From the NCBI GenBank assembly GCA_051532055.1, contig JAOPTX010000044.1, positions 1-64,000 of the forward strand: DNA of 64,000 nt. Direction: 5' to 3'. Positions within the stretch are counted from its first letter, which is position 1; each line of letters begins with the position of its first letter. Origin of the DNA: Fibrobacterales bacterium. Its GTDB lineage: Bacteria > Fibrobacterota > Fibrobacteria > Fibrobacterales > JAOPTW01. The translations under genes and the position numbers were made by a program. Below, piece after piece: positions 27,912 to 37,746 of this stretch. The notes beneath the pieces were generated by a model. The model worked only from the letters and a program-made list of their open reading frames with translations, did no database searches and was not told the origin of the DNA.

Positions 27912-29611
27912 AGTATTGGTGGTATATTATACCGGTTGCTGCGTTGGTGACGATTTTTAAGCTGCTCTTTTCGCGGAATAAAACAAAACAGATTAAGACG
28001 GAACTCCAGGATATATTTGACCTGCTTGAACCGGTGGCCCTTATTTCTAGAGATTTTACGGTACTGCGGTGTAACGAACTCTATGCGTCGACCATCAATG
28101 AGCCCATCCGGTCTGTTGTCCATTCAAATTATGCCAAATTATTTGAAAAGGATTTTCATCGCCGCTCAATGCTCGCAAAAGCATTCTTAAAAAGAGAAAC
28201 TCAATTTTTGGGGCATGAAAAAATTGAGAATGATGGTCATCAGGTTATATATGAGACCTATTTTCACCCAATATTTGTGGGGGAAACAGTTGAACAGGTC
28301 ATGGAAATTAAAAAAGATGTCACAAGTTTTTATCTTACACAACAAGAACTTGAAAAACAGAAAGACCGTTTTAAACAATCCGCTCAGGAACTTACAGAGA
28401 AAAATAGTGAGCTTTTAGCTGCTCAACGCGAGATTCAAATAAATCTTGAATTGAGGGATCATGAGCAAGCAATGGCACGTGAGATTCAACAAGGTCTATT
28501 ACCTAAATCTATTCCCGACCTTCCAGGGGTAGACTTTTGGTCACTCTATGAACCATTTGATTTGGTTGGTGGTGACCTCTATGATATTGTTAAACTCAGT
28601 GATTATAAAATTGGTATTTTTATTGCTGATGTATCGGGGCATGGCCTCCCTGCAGCTCTGGTTGGGGCACTGGCAAAGATGAGTTTAGCAGCTCATGCAA
28701 AATCTATTCATTCACCTGTTGAGCTTTTTAATGTCATGAATGAAGACTTGAGGGACCAGCTTTGTTCTGGATACTATCTCACCGGTTTTTATGGAGTGCT
28801 TGATCTTGATACGAATGTTTTCCAATATGTCCGCGCGAGTCATCCATATCCACTCCTCTATTCTAAAAATAGAGAAGTGATGACTCTTGATAGCAAAGGG
28901 CTCTTTTTAGGCCTGTTTGAAAACCCAGAGTATCAACAAGATACCGTGCAGCTTTCTGAAGGCGATAAAGTGGTCTTTTTTACTGACGGGTGTTATTCGG
29001 TATCAAAGAGCAATGCAATTGCTTATAAACAGTACGTTAAAATAATTGAAGAGACTATTCACTTTCCTATTGATGAACTCTATCATGAAGTAAATAGAAA
29101 ACTTCGGGATCAAGTCACTGATTGGCATGTTGACGATGATCGGACCTTTTTGGTGATGGAAATTAAGAAGAAGAGCCGCGCTGAACGATTCACCTACCTC
29201 AATCATTTTATTGAAGGTGATCATATTAGGCGGATACGAATCTCAACTAAAGAGGAACTTGACCAATTCTTACAGGATGTCATTAAAGACCTCCATGAAT
29301 TAAACTACAAAGCTACTACCATCTCTAATATTATTAGTGCAACTATGGAAGTAGTGATAAATGCATTTGAGCATGCACATAATGGCGATACGAGTATGAA
29401 GGCGACCATTGCATTCTCAATTTCTAAGGAGATCTTTAAGTTATCGGTCTCTGATAAAGGTCCTGGGTTTGACTATAGTAAAATTGTCCGCTCGGATAAC
29501 ATCGACAGTGAAGTGAAAGTATATGGATTACTTCTTGTTCAGTTCTATATGGATCATGTTTATTTTGATCGTAAAGGAACAACAGTAACCATACTTAAGA
29601 AAAATAACTAA
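27896..29611 (+). CDS. Membrane-anchored PAS-like / coiled-coil / PP2C (SpoIIE/RsbU) phosphatase fused to an RsbW-like HATPase domain
   Basis: AREIQQGLLP, VGGDLYD, IADVSGHGLPAA, FTDG, DDRT; then EVVINAFEHA and DKGPGFD. Confidence 0.85.
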   Translation: MDAMLEYWWYIIPVAALVTIFKLLFSRNKTKQIKTELQDIFDLLEPVALISRDFTVLRCNELYASTINEPIRSVVHSNYAKLFEKDFHRRSMLAKAFLKRETQFLGHEKIENDGHQVIYETYFHPIFVGETVEQVMEIKKDVTSFYLTQQELEKQKDRFKQSAQELTEKNSELLAAQREIQINLELRDHEQAMAREIQQGLLPKSIPDLPGVDFWSLYEPFDLVGGDLYDIVKLSDYKIGIFIADVSGHGLPAALVGALAKMSLAAHAKSIHSPVELFNVMNEDLRDQLCSGYYLTGFYGVLDLDTNVFQYVRASHPYPLLYSKNREVMTLDSKGLFLGLFENPEYQQDTVQLSEGDKVVFFTDGCYSVSKSNAIAYKQYVKIIEETIHFPIDELYHEVNRKLRDQVTDWHVDDDRTFLVMEIKKKSRAERFTYLNHFIEGDHIRRIRISTKEELDQFLQDVIKDLHELNYKATTISNIISATMEVVINAFEHAHNGDTSMKATIAFSISKEIFKLSVSDKGPGFDYSKIVRSDNIDSEVKVYGLLLVQFYMDHVYFDRKGTTVTILKKNN

Positions 29612-29670
29612 CAGTGGGTGACAATCTGAGTCACAAATTAACAGGGTTGAGAGCAACCAGGAAAGAAAAA

Positions 29671-32463
29671 ATGAATTTTGCAGACAGACATATAGGGATT
29701 AGTGGTAGCGACCAAGAAGTAATGCTTCGTGAAATAGGAATGAACTCAATAGACGAACTTATTGGAAAGACCATTCCCGCAGGTATTAGAACAGACTCTC
29801 TCGGGACAATACCTGAGGGCCTCAGTGAATATCAGACTCTTCAAAAAATTGCACAAATTTCAGGGCAAAATAGCGTCTTTCAATCTAATATTGGGCAAGG
29901 CTATTATAATACTATATTGCCACCAGTTATTCAGCGTACTATTTTAGAAAATCCTGCATGGTACACAGCCTATACCCCTTATCAAGCTGAAATATCGCAG
30001 GGGCGTCTCGAGATGCTGGTAAACTTTCAGACTATGATCACTGAATTAACGGGGCTTGAAATTGCAAATGGCTCTCTCCTTGATGAAGCGACTGCAGCTG
30101 CTGAAGCGATGACTATGTTCTATAGATCAGTTCCCCGTTCTAAGAAAAAGGCAAATACTTTTTTTGTTGACTCGGGTTGTTTTCAACAGACCATTGAAGT
30201 ACTTCAGACTCGCGCAGAGCCTCTTAATATTACTATTGCTATTGGGGACCCTAATAAGGACCTTGCGGAAGTTGAAAAAAATGAAATGGTCTTCGGTGTC
30301 TTACTACAATACCCAACCGCTCATGGAGAGGTGACAGATTATAGTACGGTTGTAGCTCAATTAAAAGAGAGCGAAATTCAGGTTGCGGTGGCTGCTGATA
30401 TTTTAAGCCTTGCACTTCTTAAAGAGCCTGCGGCTTGGGGGGTTGATGCTGTAGTTGGGTCTACACAACGCTTTGGAATTCCGATGGGATATGGGGGGCC
30501 ACATGCGGCATACTTTTCTGCTAAAGAGTCGTACAAACGTCAGCTCCCAGGGCGTATCATTGGTGAATCGATTGACCGAGAAGGGAATAAAGCATATAGA
30601 ATGTCGCTTCAAACCCGAGAACAGCATATTCGTCGAGAAAAAGCGACATCAAATATCTGTACCTCTCAGGTGCTTCTTGCTGTGATGGCCACTGCGTATG
30701 GTGTCTATCATGGTCCCACTGGTCTAAAATCAATTGCTACAGCAGTACATAGGCAAGCCTGTCGATTGAATATTCTCCTTGGTGAACTTGGTATTACTCA
30801 ATCAAATAGTGCATTTTTTGACACACTTTCAATTACCATTGATGAACCAATTCGATTGAAAGAGATTGCTGAAGAAGCGGGTTGTAATTTTTATTATGGA
30901 CCCGACAACAGAGTAGGAATTACTCTCGATGAAACGACTGATGATGATGCACTTGAATCTATTGTTGCTATTCTTTGTAACTATAGTGGAAAAGAGGTGG
31001 TGCTTCAGGATACTACGGCATCTCCTTTGGTGGGCGCATTGAGTCGTGAAAATCAGTATATGCAACAAGATGTTTTTAACCAATATCAGTCAGAGCATCT
31101 TATGACTCGCTATTTGAAACAGCTAGAATTAAAAGATATTTCCCTCGTGCATTCTATGATTGCATTAGGGTCATGTACCATGAAGTTAAACTCAGCAGCT
31201 TCCATGATCCCCCTTAGTTGGGCGCGACTTGGTTCAATTCACCCTCATGCTCCTACTGACCAAGTAAAAGGCTATCACCAATTGATCGATGAATTGGGTG
31301 AATATCTTTGTGCGATCACTGGGTTTACCGGTGTCTCATTTGAACCAAACTCAGGGGCTCAAGGCGAGTATGCAGGTTTAAAACTTATTCGTGATTATCA
31401 CAAGACACATGGCTCAGATCGCTCAATTGTACTCATTCCTGCATCTGCTCATGGAACGAATCCAGCAAGTGCCGCTCTAGCCGGCTTTAAAGTGGTGGTG
31501 GTCAAATGCGATATACATGGAAACATCGACACTGATGATTTGGCAGTACAAGTAGAGAAGCATGCAGAGCATCTTGCAGGACTTATGATAACCTATCCAT
31601 CTACCCATGGGGTATTCGAAGAATCGGTTACAGAGGTGTGTCAGTTGATTCACGATAATGGTGGATTGGTTTATCTTGATGGCGCCAATATGAATGCACA
31701 AGTTGGCTATACGAATCCAGGCTTTATTGGAGCAGATGTATGTCATTTAAATCTTCATAAAACCTTTGCCATCCCTCATGGTGGGGGCGGCCCTGGAATG
31801 GGGCCTATCTGCGTTAATGATACGCTGAAACCCTTTTTGAATGACCTTAATGTATCTGCTGCTGAATTTGGGAGTGCCTCAATATTAGTCATCTCATATG
31901 CATATATCACTATGCTTGGGGCAGAGGGGCTCAGGCGCTCTACTGCTGCAGCAATACTTAACGCCAATTACCTCATGAAGAAATTGTCTGTATCATATCC
32001 TGTTCTCTATACGGGGAATAATGATACGTGTGCGCATGAGTTTATAATTGATTGTCGCCAATTTAAGCAGAGTGCTGATATTGGCGCAGTTGATGTTGCT
32101 AAGCGTCTTATGGATTTTGGATTCCATGCACCAACTGTTTCATTTCCGGTTGTGGGAACTCTAATGATTGAGCCAACTGAGAGTGAAGATAAAGCTGAAC
32201 TTGATAGATTTTGCTGCGCTCTTCTAACCATTTTTGAAGAGATCACCAGAGTAGAAAAGGGTGAATGGGAAAAAGGAAATAATCCATTGAGTAATGCACC
32301 TCACACACGTATGCAACTTACTAGTGATGGCTGGAAGTTTCCCTATTCCCGAGAAACGGCAGCGTATCCTACAGAATGGCTCAAAGAGTATAAGCTTTGG
32401 CCTTCAGTTGCACGCATTGATGATGCACATGGTGATAGAAATTTAATTTGTACCTGCTCATAG
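29671..32463 (+). CDS. gcvP: Glycine dehydrogenase (decarboxylating), single-chain P protein
   Basis: FADRHIG, YTPYQAEISQGRLE, LQTREQHIRREKATSNICT, HLNLHKTF (PLP Lys), GDRNLICTC. Confidence 0.97.
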   Translation: MNFADRHIGISGSDQEVMLREIGMNSIDELIGKTIPAGIRTDSLGTIPEGLSEYQTLQKIAQISGQNSVFQSNIGQGYYNTILPPVIQRTILENPAWYTAYTPYQAEISQGRLEMLVNFQTMITELTGLEIANGSLLDEATAAAEAMTMFYRSVPRSKKKANTFFVDSGCFQQTIEVLQTRAEPLNITIAIGDPNKDLAEVEKNEMVFGVLLQYPTAHGEVTDYSTVVAQLKESEIQVAVAADILSLALLKEPAAWGVDAVVGSTQRFGIPMGYGGPHAAYFSAKESYKRQLPGRIIGESIDREGNKAYRMSLQTREQHIRREKATSNICTSQVLLAVMATAYGVYHGPTGLKSIATAVHRQACRLNILLGELGITQSNSAFFDTLSITIDEPIRLKEIAEEAGCNFYYGPDNRVGITLDETTDDDALESIVAILCNYSGKEVVLQDTTASPLVGALSRENQYMQQDVFNQYQSEHLMTRYLKQLELKDISLVHSMIALGSCTMKLNSAASMIPLSWARLGSIHPHAPTDQVKGYHQLIDELGEYLCAITGFTGVSFEPNSGAQGEYAGLKLIRDYHKTHGSDRSIVLIPASAHGTNPASAALAGFKVVVVKCDIHGNIDTDDLAVQVEKHAEHLAGLMITYPSTHGVFEESVTEVCQLIHDNGGLVYLDGANMNAQVGYTNPGFIGADVCHLNLHKTFAIPHGGGGPGMGPICVNDTLKPFLNDLNVSAAEFGSASILVISYAYITMLGAEGLRRSTAAAILNANYLMKKLSVSYPVLYTGNNDTCAHEFIIDCRQFKQSADIGAVDVAKRLMDFGFHAPTVSFPVVGTLMIEPTESEDKAELDRFCCALLTIFEEITRVEKGEWEKGNNPLSNAPHTRMQLTSDGWKFPYSRETAAYPTEWLKEYKLWPSVARIDDAHGDRNLICTCS

Positions 32464-32471
32464 GAACCTAA

Positions 32472-33398
32472 GTGAATAGACGGTATATACCTCAGAAAAA
32501 AAAGCGAGAACGCCCGGCTCTCTGGAGTAAGGGAAAAATGCCCTATTTTTTTATAGGGCTTGTAATACTCCTTTTTTCTATACCTTTCTGGGTTAGAATT
32601 TCAGGTAATCTTTTAGTAATAGATGATACGTATAATTCAGTTGAATGTGGTTTGGTTATAACTGCTGAAGGCGGCCTCGAGGCGGGGTATAGTGCTCTTG
32701 TCGAAGATCTTGGTACTATGGATATTAAACGGGTAATTCTTTCTGGTTCTCCAATTTTAAAGTCTGTATCAGCCGCAGATATCGCGCTGAATGAATTGAA
32801 GCTGGAGGAGTTTGATAAAGATCGTCTTTACTATTTTTATCATGATGCTGAAACGCTCCTTGAAGAGGCAGAAATAATCATACCCTTTCTGAGAACTAAA
32901 GAGGTTAAGGAAGTGGTGCTGTATACACGGAAACATATGTCGGCACGCGTCAAATATATATATGACTCTTTAGCAGAAGGGAACCCGCGCTTTGTTGTCC
33001 GCTATACTAACGAAGAAAGCTTCAATCCAAAAGCATGGATTCATTCAAGTCAATCTCGTCTTCAATGGGCAACTGAATGGGCTGCATATCTCATGAATGC
33101 TATTGAGCTTATTGTAAATACTCCCTCATTTGAGTCTGAAATAAAGGTATACAATTATACCTCAGGATATTCAGTACGCACAAAGGATAGTGATATCGAT
33201 GTCGATGACTCGTTACTTGAAGATATTCCTGTAATTCGGGAACGGCAGATAGTTGAATCAATAATTGATTCTGTTGATACAGTCTCTCGTGATAGTTCTG
33301 AAATATATCAAGTAATTGACTCAACATCGATGAATAGCTCTTCAATTGATTCAGTTCTTTTAGACACTCTTAATCGAGACAGTTCTCTCGTTCAATAA
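32472..33398 (+). CDS. Membrane-anchored YdcF/DUF218-like protein with Asp/Ser-rich tail
   Basis: Single TM segment, GNLLVIDD, VILSG, T..EA, YT...HM..R; low-complexity DS/DT tail. Confidence 0.55.
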   Translation: MNRRYIPQKKKRERPALWSKGKMPYFFIGLVILLFSIPFWVRISGNLLVIDDTYNSVECGLVITAEGGLEAGYSALVEDLGTMDIKRVILSGSPILKSVSAADIALNELKLEEFDKDRLYYFYHDAETLLEEAEIIIPFLRTKEVKEVVLYTRKHMSARVKYIYDSLAEGNPRFVVRYTNEESFNPKAWIHSSQSRLQWATEWAAYLMNAIELIVNTPSFESEIKVYNYTSGYSVRTKDSDIDVDDSLLEDIPVIRERQIVESIIDSVDTVSRDSSEIYQVIDSTSMNSSSIDSVLLDTLNRDSSLVQ

Positions 33399-33868
33399 TG
33401 AAAGTAGTATTACAACGCGTTTTAGATGCTACTGTTACAATAGAGAATACTAATAGTATACAGAGGGAAACTATTGGCACAGGGCTCCTGGTGCTTGCTG
33501 GTATGGCTCCTGGCGATGGTCTGGATGATATGGACTGGATAATTAAAAAAATGACTCAACTTCGCATTTTTGATGATAGTGAAGGTTTTATGAATCGGAG
33601 CGTTATTGATATAGAGGGTGAGTTGTTAATAGTGAGCCAGTTCACTCTGTTTGGCACGGTTAAAAAGGGAACGCGCCCGTCGTTTAGTCGCGCAGCACCA
33701 CCCAAAGAAGCTAAAATACTCTATACTACCTTTATGGATCGGCTCCGATTAGAGTATCCTGGAGTGATCAAAGAGGGTGTGTTTGCCGCAGATATGAAAG
33801 TATCTCTGATTAATGATGGTCCAGTAACCCTTATTATAGACTCAAAAAATAGAGATGGTCGTTTGTAA
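33398..33868 (+). CDS. dtd: D-aminoacyl-tRNA deacylase
   Basis: MKVVLQRV, VSQFTL, G.RPSF, NDGPVT. Confidence 0.96.
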   Translation: MKVVLQRVLDATVTIENTNSIQRETIGTGLLVLAGMAPGDGLDDMDWIIKKMTQLRIFDDSEGFMNRSVIDIEGELLIVSQFTLFGTVKKGTRPSFSRAAPPKEAKILYTTFMDRLRLEYPGVIKEGVFAADMKVSLINDGPVTLIIDSKNRDGRL

Positions 33869-33886
33869 TGTTATAATAGGGGTTAG

Positions 33887-34030
33887 TTAGCTCACTATTT
33901 TGTGTATGAGCAGTGCAGCACCACCCCAAAATACGGCAGATAGAGCCATCAGAACGGTTGCATACGGAAAGAGAAATGCTACCGAGGGATTAGCAAATTT
34001 TTTTGGTCTTTGATATATTTGAATCTTCAT
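33887..34030 (-). CDS. 47-aa single-TM small protein (below the ORF-track cutoff)
   Basis: GGGGAG RBS then MKIQIYQRPKKFANPSVAFLFPYATVLMALSAVFWGGAALLIHKIVS*. Confidence 0.5.
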   Translation of the reverse strand: MKIQIYQRPKKFANPSVAFLFPYATVLMALSAVFWGGAALLIHKIVS

Positions 34031-34203
34031 AATCTCCCCAGATTATTGTTCGTACCATCAATATATATTCAAGTTGTGAGAGACCTAATAGTTTTCATAT
34101 AATATGGTAAAGTTTACTCATTCGAAACATTACCCTAACAAAAATGATACTTGAGCAAGTGAAAAGGGGCAAAAATGCCGTTTTTAGTAACTTTATACAA
34201 AAT

Positions 34204-34232
34204 AAAAAAGCCCAAAGTAATTGGGCTTTTTT
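34204..34232. terminator. Bidirectional rho-independent terminator
   Basis: aaaaaagcccaa-agtaa-ttgggctttttt. Confidence 0.85.
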
Positions 34233-34255
34233 AGAAATATTTTAATAAAGTTCAA

Positions 34256-36976
34256 TTACTTAGCAATAATTACTTGTGCAAGAATACTGCTATCTAATTT
34301 ATCACCGATTTGATATTGGTTAAATACAATCGAACCTGAACCATATGAGATAGTTTGTACATCAACATGCTGTGTAATAATATTGCCATTTGTAATGTTA
34401 ATACAACATGCTTCAATTGCAGCATCTTTAATAGGATTCAGAGAGTGGGCCGGTATGACTTCACTGAGTGTTCCATCTGCTATACGTGTGTGAGTAATGT
34501 TTTTGAGAACACCATCAGTAGAGAAGTAGTGATAAGCAGCACCATTTGAACCAGAAGTTGGTGTTGCAATGAGCTCTGTATTTAAGCGTTTAGACTTGTT
34601 GAGTACATGCGCGTCGTTCTCATTCAATGCATTAATGAGAACAGTTGTCCCAGTCTCAGCAGTATCAAAGAGTGCTTGGATTATCTCTGAACTATAATCA
34701 GCTACATCATGAATAAGAATAGTATTTCCAGCTTTTCTTATAGCATTAAGACGTTCATCATCATTGGTAAACTCAGTGAGAGTAGTAATACCTTTGAGAT
34801 AATTGGTAGGTTTGTTTAACACTATAACTGCATCACTAAATGTACCAATATTGCCAGGATTATTTGAAATTGCAGCTGTTACAGTATACAGACCTTTCGA
34901 TGAAGGGGCTGGAAGAGTAAAGGCTCCCATTTTAAACACAAGTCCCTCAGGAGTAATTTTGACATCTTTCGATTCAATTACTTTTCCTTTCTCATTGAGC
35001 ACTTGAAGGGTGAGGCTAAAAGGAGCAACACGAAGCTCGTTGAGTAAAGTGAGATTAAAGTTAATTTCTGAACCTGTTTCCACAGCGCGGTCTAGATTAT
35101 GCACAATGATTTGAGATACTGAGGTAACTTCTTTAAGGGGTGGAATACAACTTTTGGGCTGGTGTGTTAGATCAGCAAGACCATTCATTATCTGTTTAGT
35201 ATCAGCCCAGCTATCAAGTATAAATCCACTCGATTGTTCATTCGAGCGAATGGCATTTACTTTGTTGATAATTGCTTTTGTTGCGAGAGTATTTGCATCT
35301 GCAATAAAGTCTTCATGGGTATCCCATATAGTTTTAAATACTGGTTCTGCAGCAAGGGCTTTAATCTCTTTCTCAAAAGAATAGAGCTTTTTGTAAACAT
35401 CAGTACCTTTATGGGCTTTCAGATATTTGTATACTTCTTTAAAATCAGGAAAAAGTGTGTGGTTATTTGTAGTAACAAGAATTTTTCCTGTGAGTCCTTT
35501 GTACATTGTTTCGTAATGGTCATGGAAATCTTCGTCACCAAAATATTTGTTAGGCACTTCAGTAATGTCACTTGCTTTATTACAGTATTCACTTAAAAAA
35601 TGAGATTGCTTTTTGTTAACACTCATTTCTGGGTGAAGCTCATGTGAATTATACAGTGATACTTTTTCGTTTGTAATTCCGAGTACTTTACCAGTATCAG
35701 AATCGTATTCACCTTCACCTGAGATGAAGACAGCGTTGAGGTTTGAAAAAACAACCCGAGCTTCATCTATTTTATCAGTATGTTTGAGTAGCTTTGTTCC
35801 GTTTTCAAGCATAAGGGTGCCATTATCAGAACCAAGACTCCATGCGATAACAGAGGGATGAGTTTTTTGGTAGTTAATGATTGCTTCAATAAAATCCCGT
35901 GCAAGTTCAAGCGCTTCTTTTGATGCTTTTTGTCTATGAATAGGCATCTCTTGAATAACAAAGAGTCCAAGCTCATCACAAATGGTTAAGGCAGCGTTAC
36001 TCATAGGAGAACCACCACTTTTAATGAGGTTAAACCCGAGAGCTTTGATGGTCACTAATTCACTACGGAGCGATTTAGTGCTTTCAGGAAGGGCGCCAGT
36101 CAGTGCATAACTGTTTGTAAAGTTGACACCACGAATTTTTACAATTTTATCATTGAGGTAAAAATCACCACGAAGTACATCTGACTTTCTTAATCCAAAT
36201 TTCTTGGTTACACCAAATGACATCTCGAGGTATACTTCAATAACATAGAGTTCAGGTTCTTCAAGAGTCCAGAAAACAGGATCTTTGATATTGAATTGTG
36301 TTTTATGAATTGCATTTTCTTTATCAAGTTTTGTCTCAATAGTATTCATGCCAATGGGCCCATCAGGTGCAGTGAGAACATAATGGATTTTTGCATTAAA
36401 GTTTTTTGAATTTGAAAAACGAGTTTCAACACGTATTTTTTTACCGTCATAATCAGGGATAATATTGACGTCAAGAATACAGGCTTTTTTCCAGTAAACA
36501 AGTTGAGCTGATCCCCAAATCCCACCAAAGGGGCTTTGTTCAAATAGGGCGCCATGTGCAACGTCACAACTTGCGTGACCTTCAAAATCAAGAGTACCAT
36601 TGAGTGTTGATACACGAATACAGATTGTGTTCTCTTTTTCGATATCAATAAATTTGGTAAGATTGATCTCTGCAGGCTTGTATCCACTGAGTACTTCTTG
36701 AACTAATACACCATTAGACCAGATTGAAAATTTCATAAAAACTTTTTCAAGTTTTAGAATTACTTTTTTAACGAGTGTTGGATCTTCAAAAGAAAATGTC
36801 TTGAAATAGAATCCTACATTGTCAGTAGACTTAAGTGTATTTTTTTTCCAGGTATGAGGAAGGGTAACAGTTTCAGTCCCTGAAGGGCTATTAACATGCC
36901 ACCGCTTATCGAGCCCAATTCCATCGCCATCGAGACAAAATTGCCAATCCTGATTAAAATCCAATACAGCAGCCAT
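34256..36976 (-). CDS. Glycoside hydrolase family 2-like protein, catalytic residues apparently degenerate
   Basis: DFNQDWQF..VTLPHTW sugar-binding domain, GGIW, W..EEPELY, FGLRK..FYLN...IRGVN, CDELGLFV, HPSVIAWSLG. Confidence 0.8.
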   Translation of the reverse strand: MAAVLDFNQDWQFCLDGDGIGLDKRWHVNSPSGTETVTLPHTWKKNTLKSTDNVGFYFKTFSFEDPTLVKKVILKLEKVFMKFSIWSNGVLVQEVLSGYKPAEINLTKFIDIEKENTICIRVSTLNGTLDFEGHASCDVAHGALFEQSPFGGIWGSAQLVYWKKACILDVNIIPDYDGKKIRVETRFSNSKNFNAKIHYVLTAPDGPIGMNTIETKLDKENAIHKTQFNIKDPVFWTLEEPELYVIEVYLEMSFGVTKKFGLRKSDVLRGDFYLNDKIVKIRGVNFTNSYALTGALPESTKSLRSELVTIKALGFNLIKSGGSPMSNAALTICDELGLFVIQEMPIHRQKASKEALELARDFIEAIINYQKTHPSVIAWSLGSDNGTLMLENGTKLLKHTDKIDEARVVFSNLNAVFISGEGEYDSDTGKVLGITNEKVSLYNSHELHPEMSVNKKQSHFLSEYCNKASDITEVPNKYFGDEDFHDHYETMYKGLTGKILVTTNNHTLFPDFKEVYKYLKAHKGTDVYKKLYSFEKEIKALAAEPVFKTIWDTHEDFIADANTLATKAIINKVNAIRSNEQSSGFILDSWADTKQIMNGLADLTHQPKSCIPPLKEVTSVSQIIVHNLDRAVETGSEINFNLTLLNELRVAPFSLTLQVLNEKGKVIESKDVKITPEGLVFKMGAFTLPAPSSKGLYTVTAAISNNPGNIGTFSDAVIVLNKPTNYLKGITTLTEFTNDDERLNAIRKAGNTILIHDVADYSSEIIQALFDTAETGTTVLINALNENDAHVLNKSKRLNTELIATPTSGSNGAAYHYFSTDGVLKNITHTRIADGTLSEVIPAHSLNPIKDAAIEACCINITNGNIITQHVDVQTISYGSGSIVFNQYQIGDKLDSSILAQVIIAK

Positions 36977-37071
36977 AGTAGTCCTATTAATAAGTAATTT
37001 GGCCTATAAGATAGTAAAAATAGAGGGATTTGTCAGGAATCATATGAGTTCAATGGAGCTCATTCTGATGA

Positions 37072-37746
37072 TCACGAAATGTGTTGAAAAATGTAATTAG
37101 TCTCTTTGATGACGCCAAGACTCATAGAGGGGACATGTCCATAGTTATGGCCGCAATAAACCTCTAAAGTATCTGGCAAGGGGAGGATGATCTCTTTCAG
37201 GCTATTTAAGAGGGTGTCGACGTTACCACCTTCTAAATCTGTTCTGCCACAGCCTTCGTGGAAGAGGGTGTCGCCTACAATCAATGTATCATCAAATTGT
37301 ATGCATATGCCACCAGGAGAATGGCCAGGAGTATGGTGGATTGTAAAAAGAGATTCACCAATAGAGAATGGTGAGTTATTGGTGATACTTTTAATGGACC
37401 GTTCTTCGATATCAGTTTTTTTGAGAATCCATGGCTTTTCTTGCGGGTGACAATAAAGCGGAATAGAGTGTTTTTTAATAAGTTCTAAAGCCCCTGGGAC
37501 TTCTATACCATAAGCGTTTCCACCAATATGATCAAAATGGTGGTGTGTAGCAATTAAACCTGTAAGGGTGTAGCCATCTTGTGTAATGAGTTGGTGGAGT
37601 TCATCAGGAGCCCAAGTAGGGTCCACTAACATGCACTCTTTGCTTATGCTGCAGCCAATTGCGTATGAAAAATTTGCCATGCCACGGGCATTGGGGTCGT
37701 CAGAGGCATGGTCGGATCCTGAAAGAAATTGTCTAAAATAGGTCAC
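37072..37746 (-). CDS. Metallo-beta-lactamase-fold hydrolase (glyoxalase II-like)
   Basis: THHHFDHIGG, HTPGHSPG, GDTLF..GCGRTD, GHNY. Probable GTG start overlapping the upstream TAG. Confidence 0.88.
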   Translation of the reverse strand: MTYFRQFLSGSDHASDDPNARGMANFSYAIGCSISKECMLVDPTWAPDELHQLITQDGYTLTGLIATHHHFDHIGGNAYGIEVPGALELIKKHSIPLYCHPQEKPWILKKTDIEERSIKSITNNSPFSIGESLFTIHHTPGHSPGGICIQFDDTLIVGDTLFHEGCGRTDLEGGNVDTLLNSLKEIILPLPDTLEVYCGHNYGHVPSMSLGVIKETNYIFQHIS

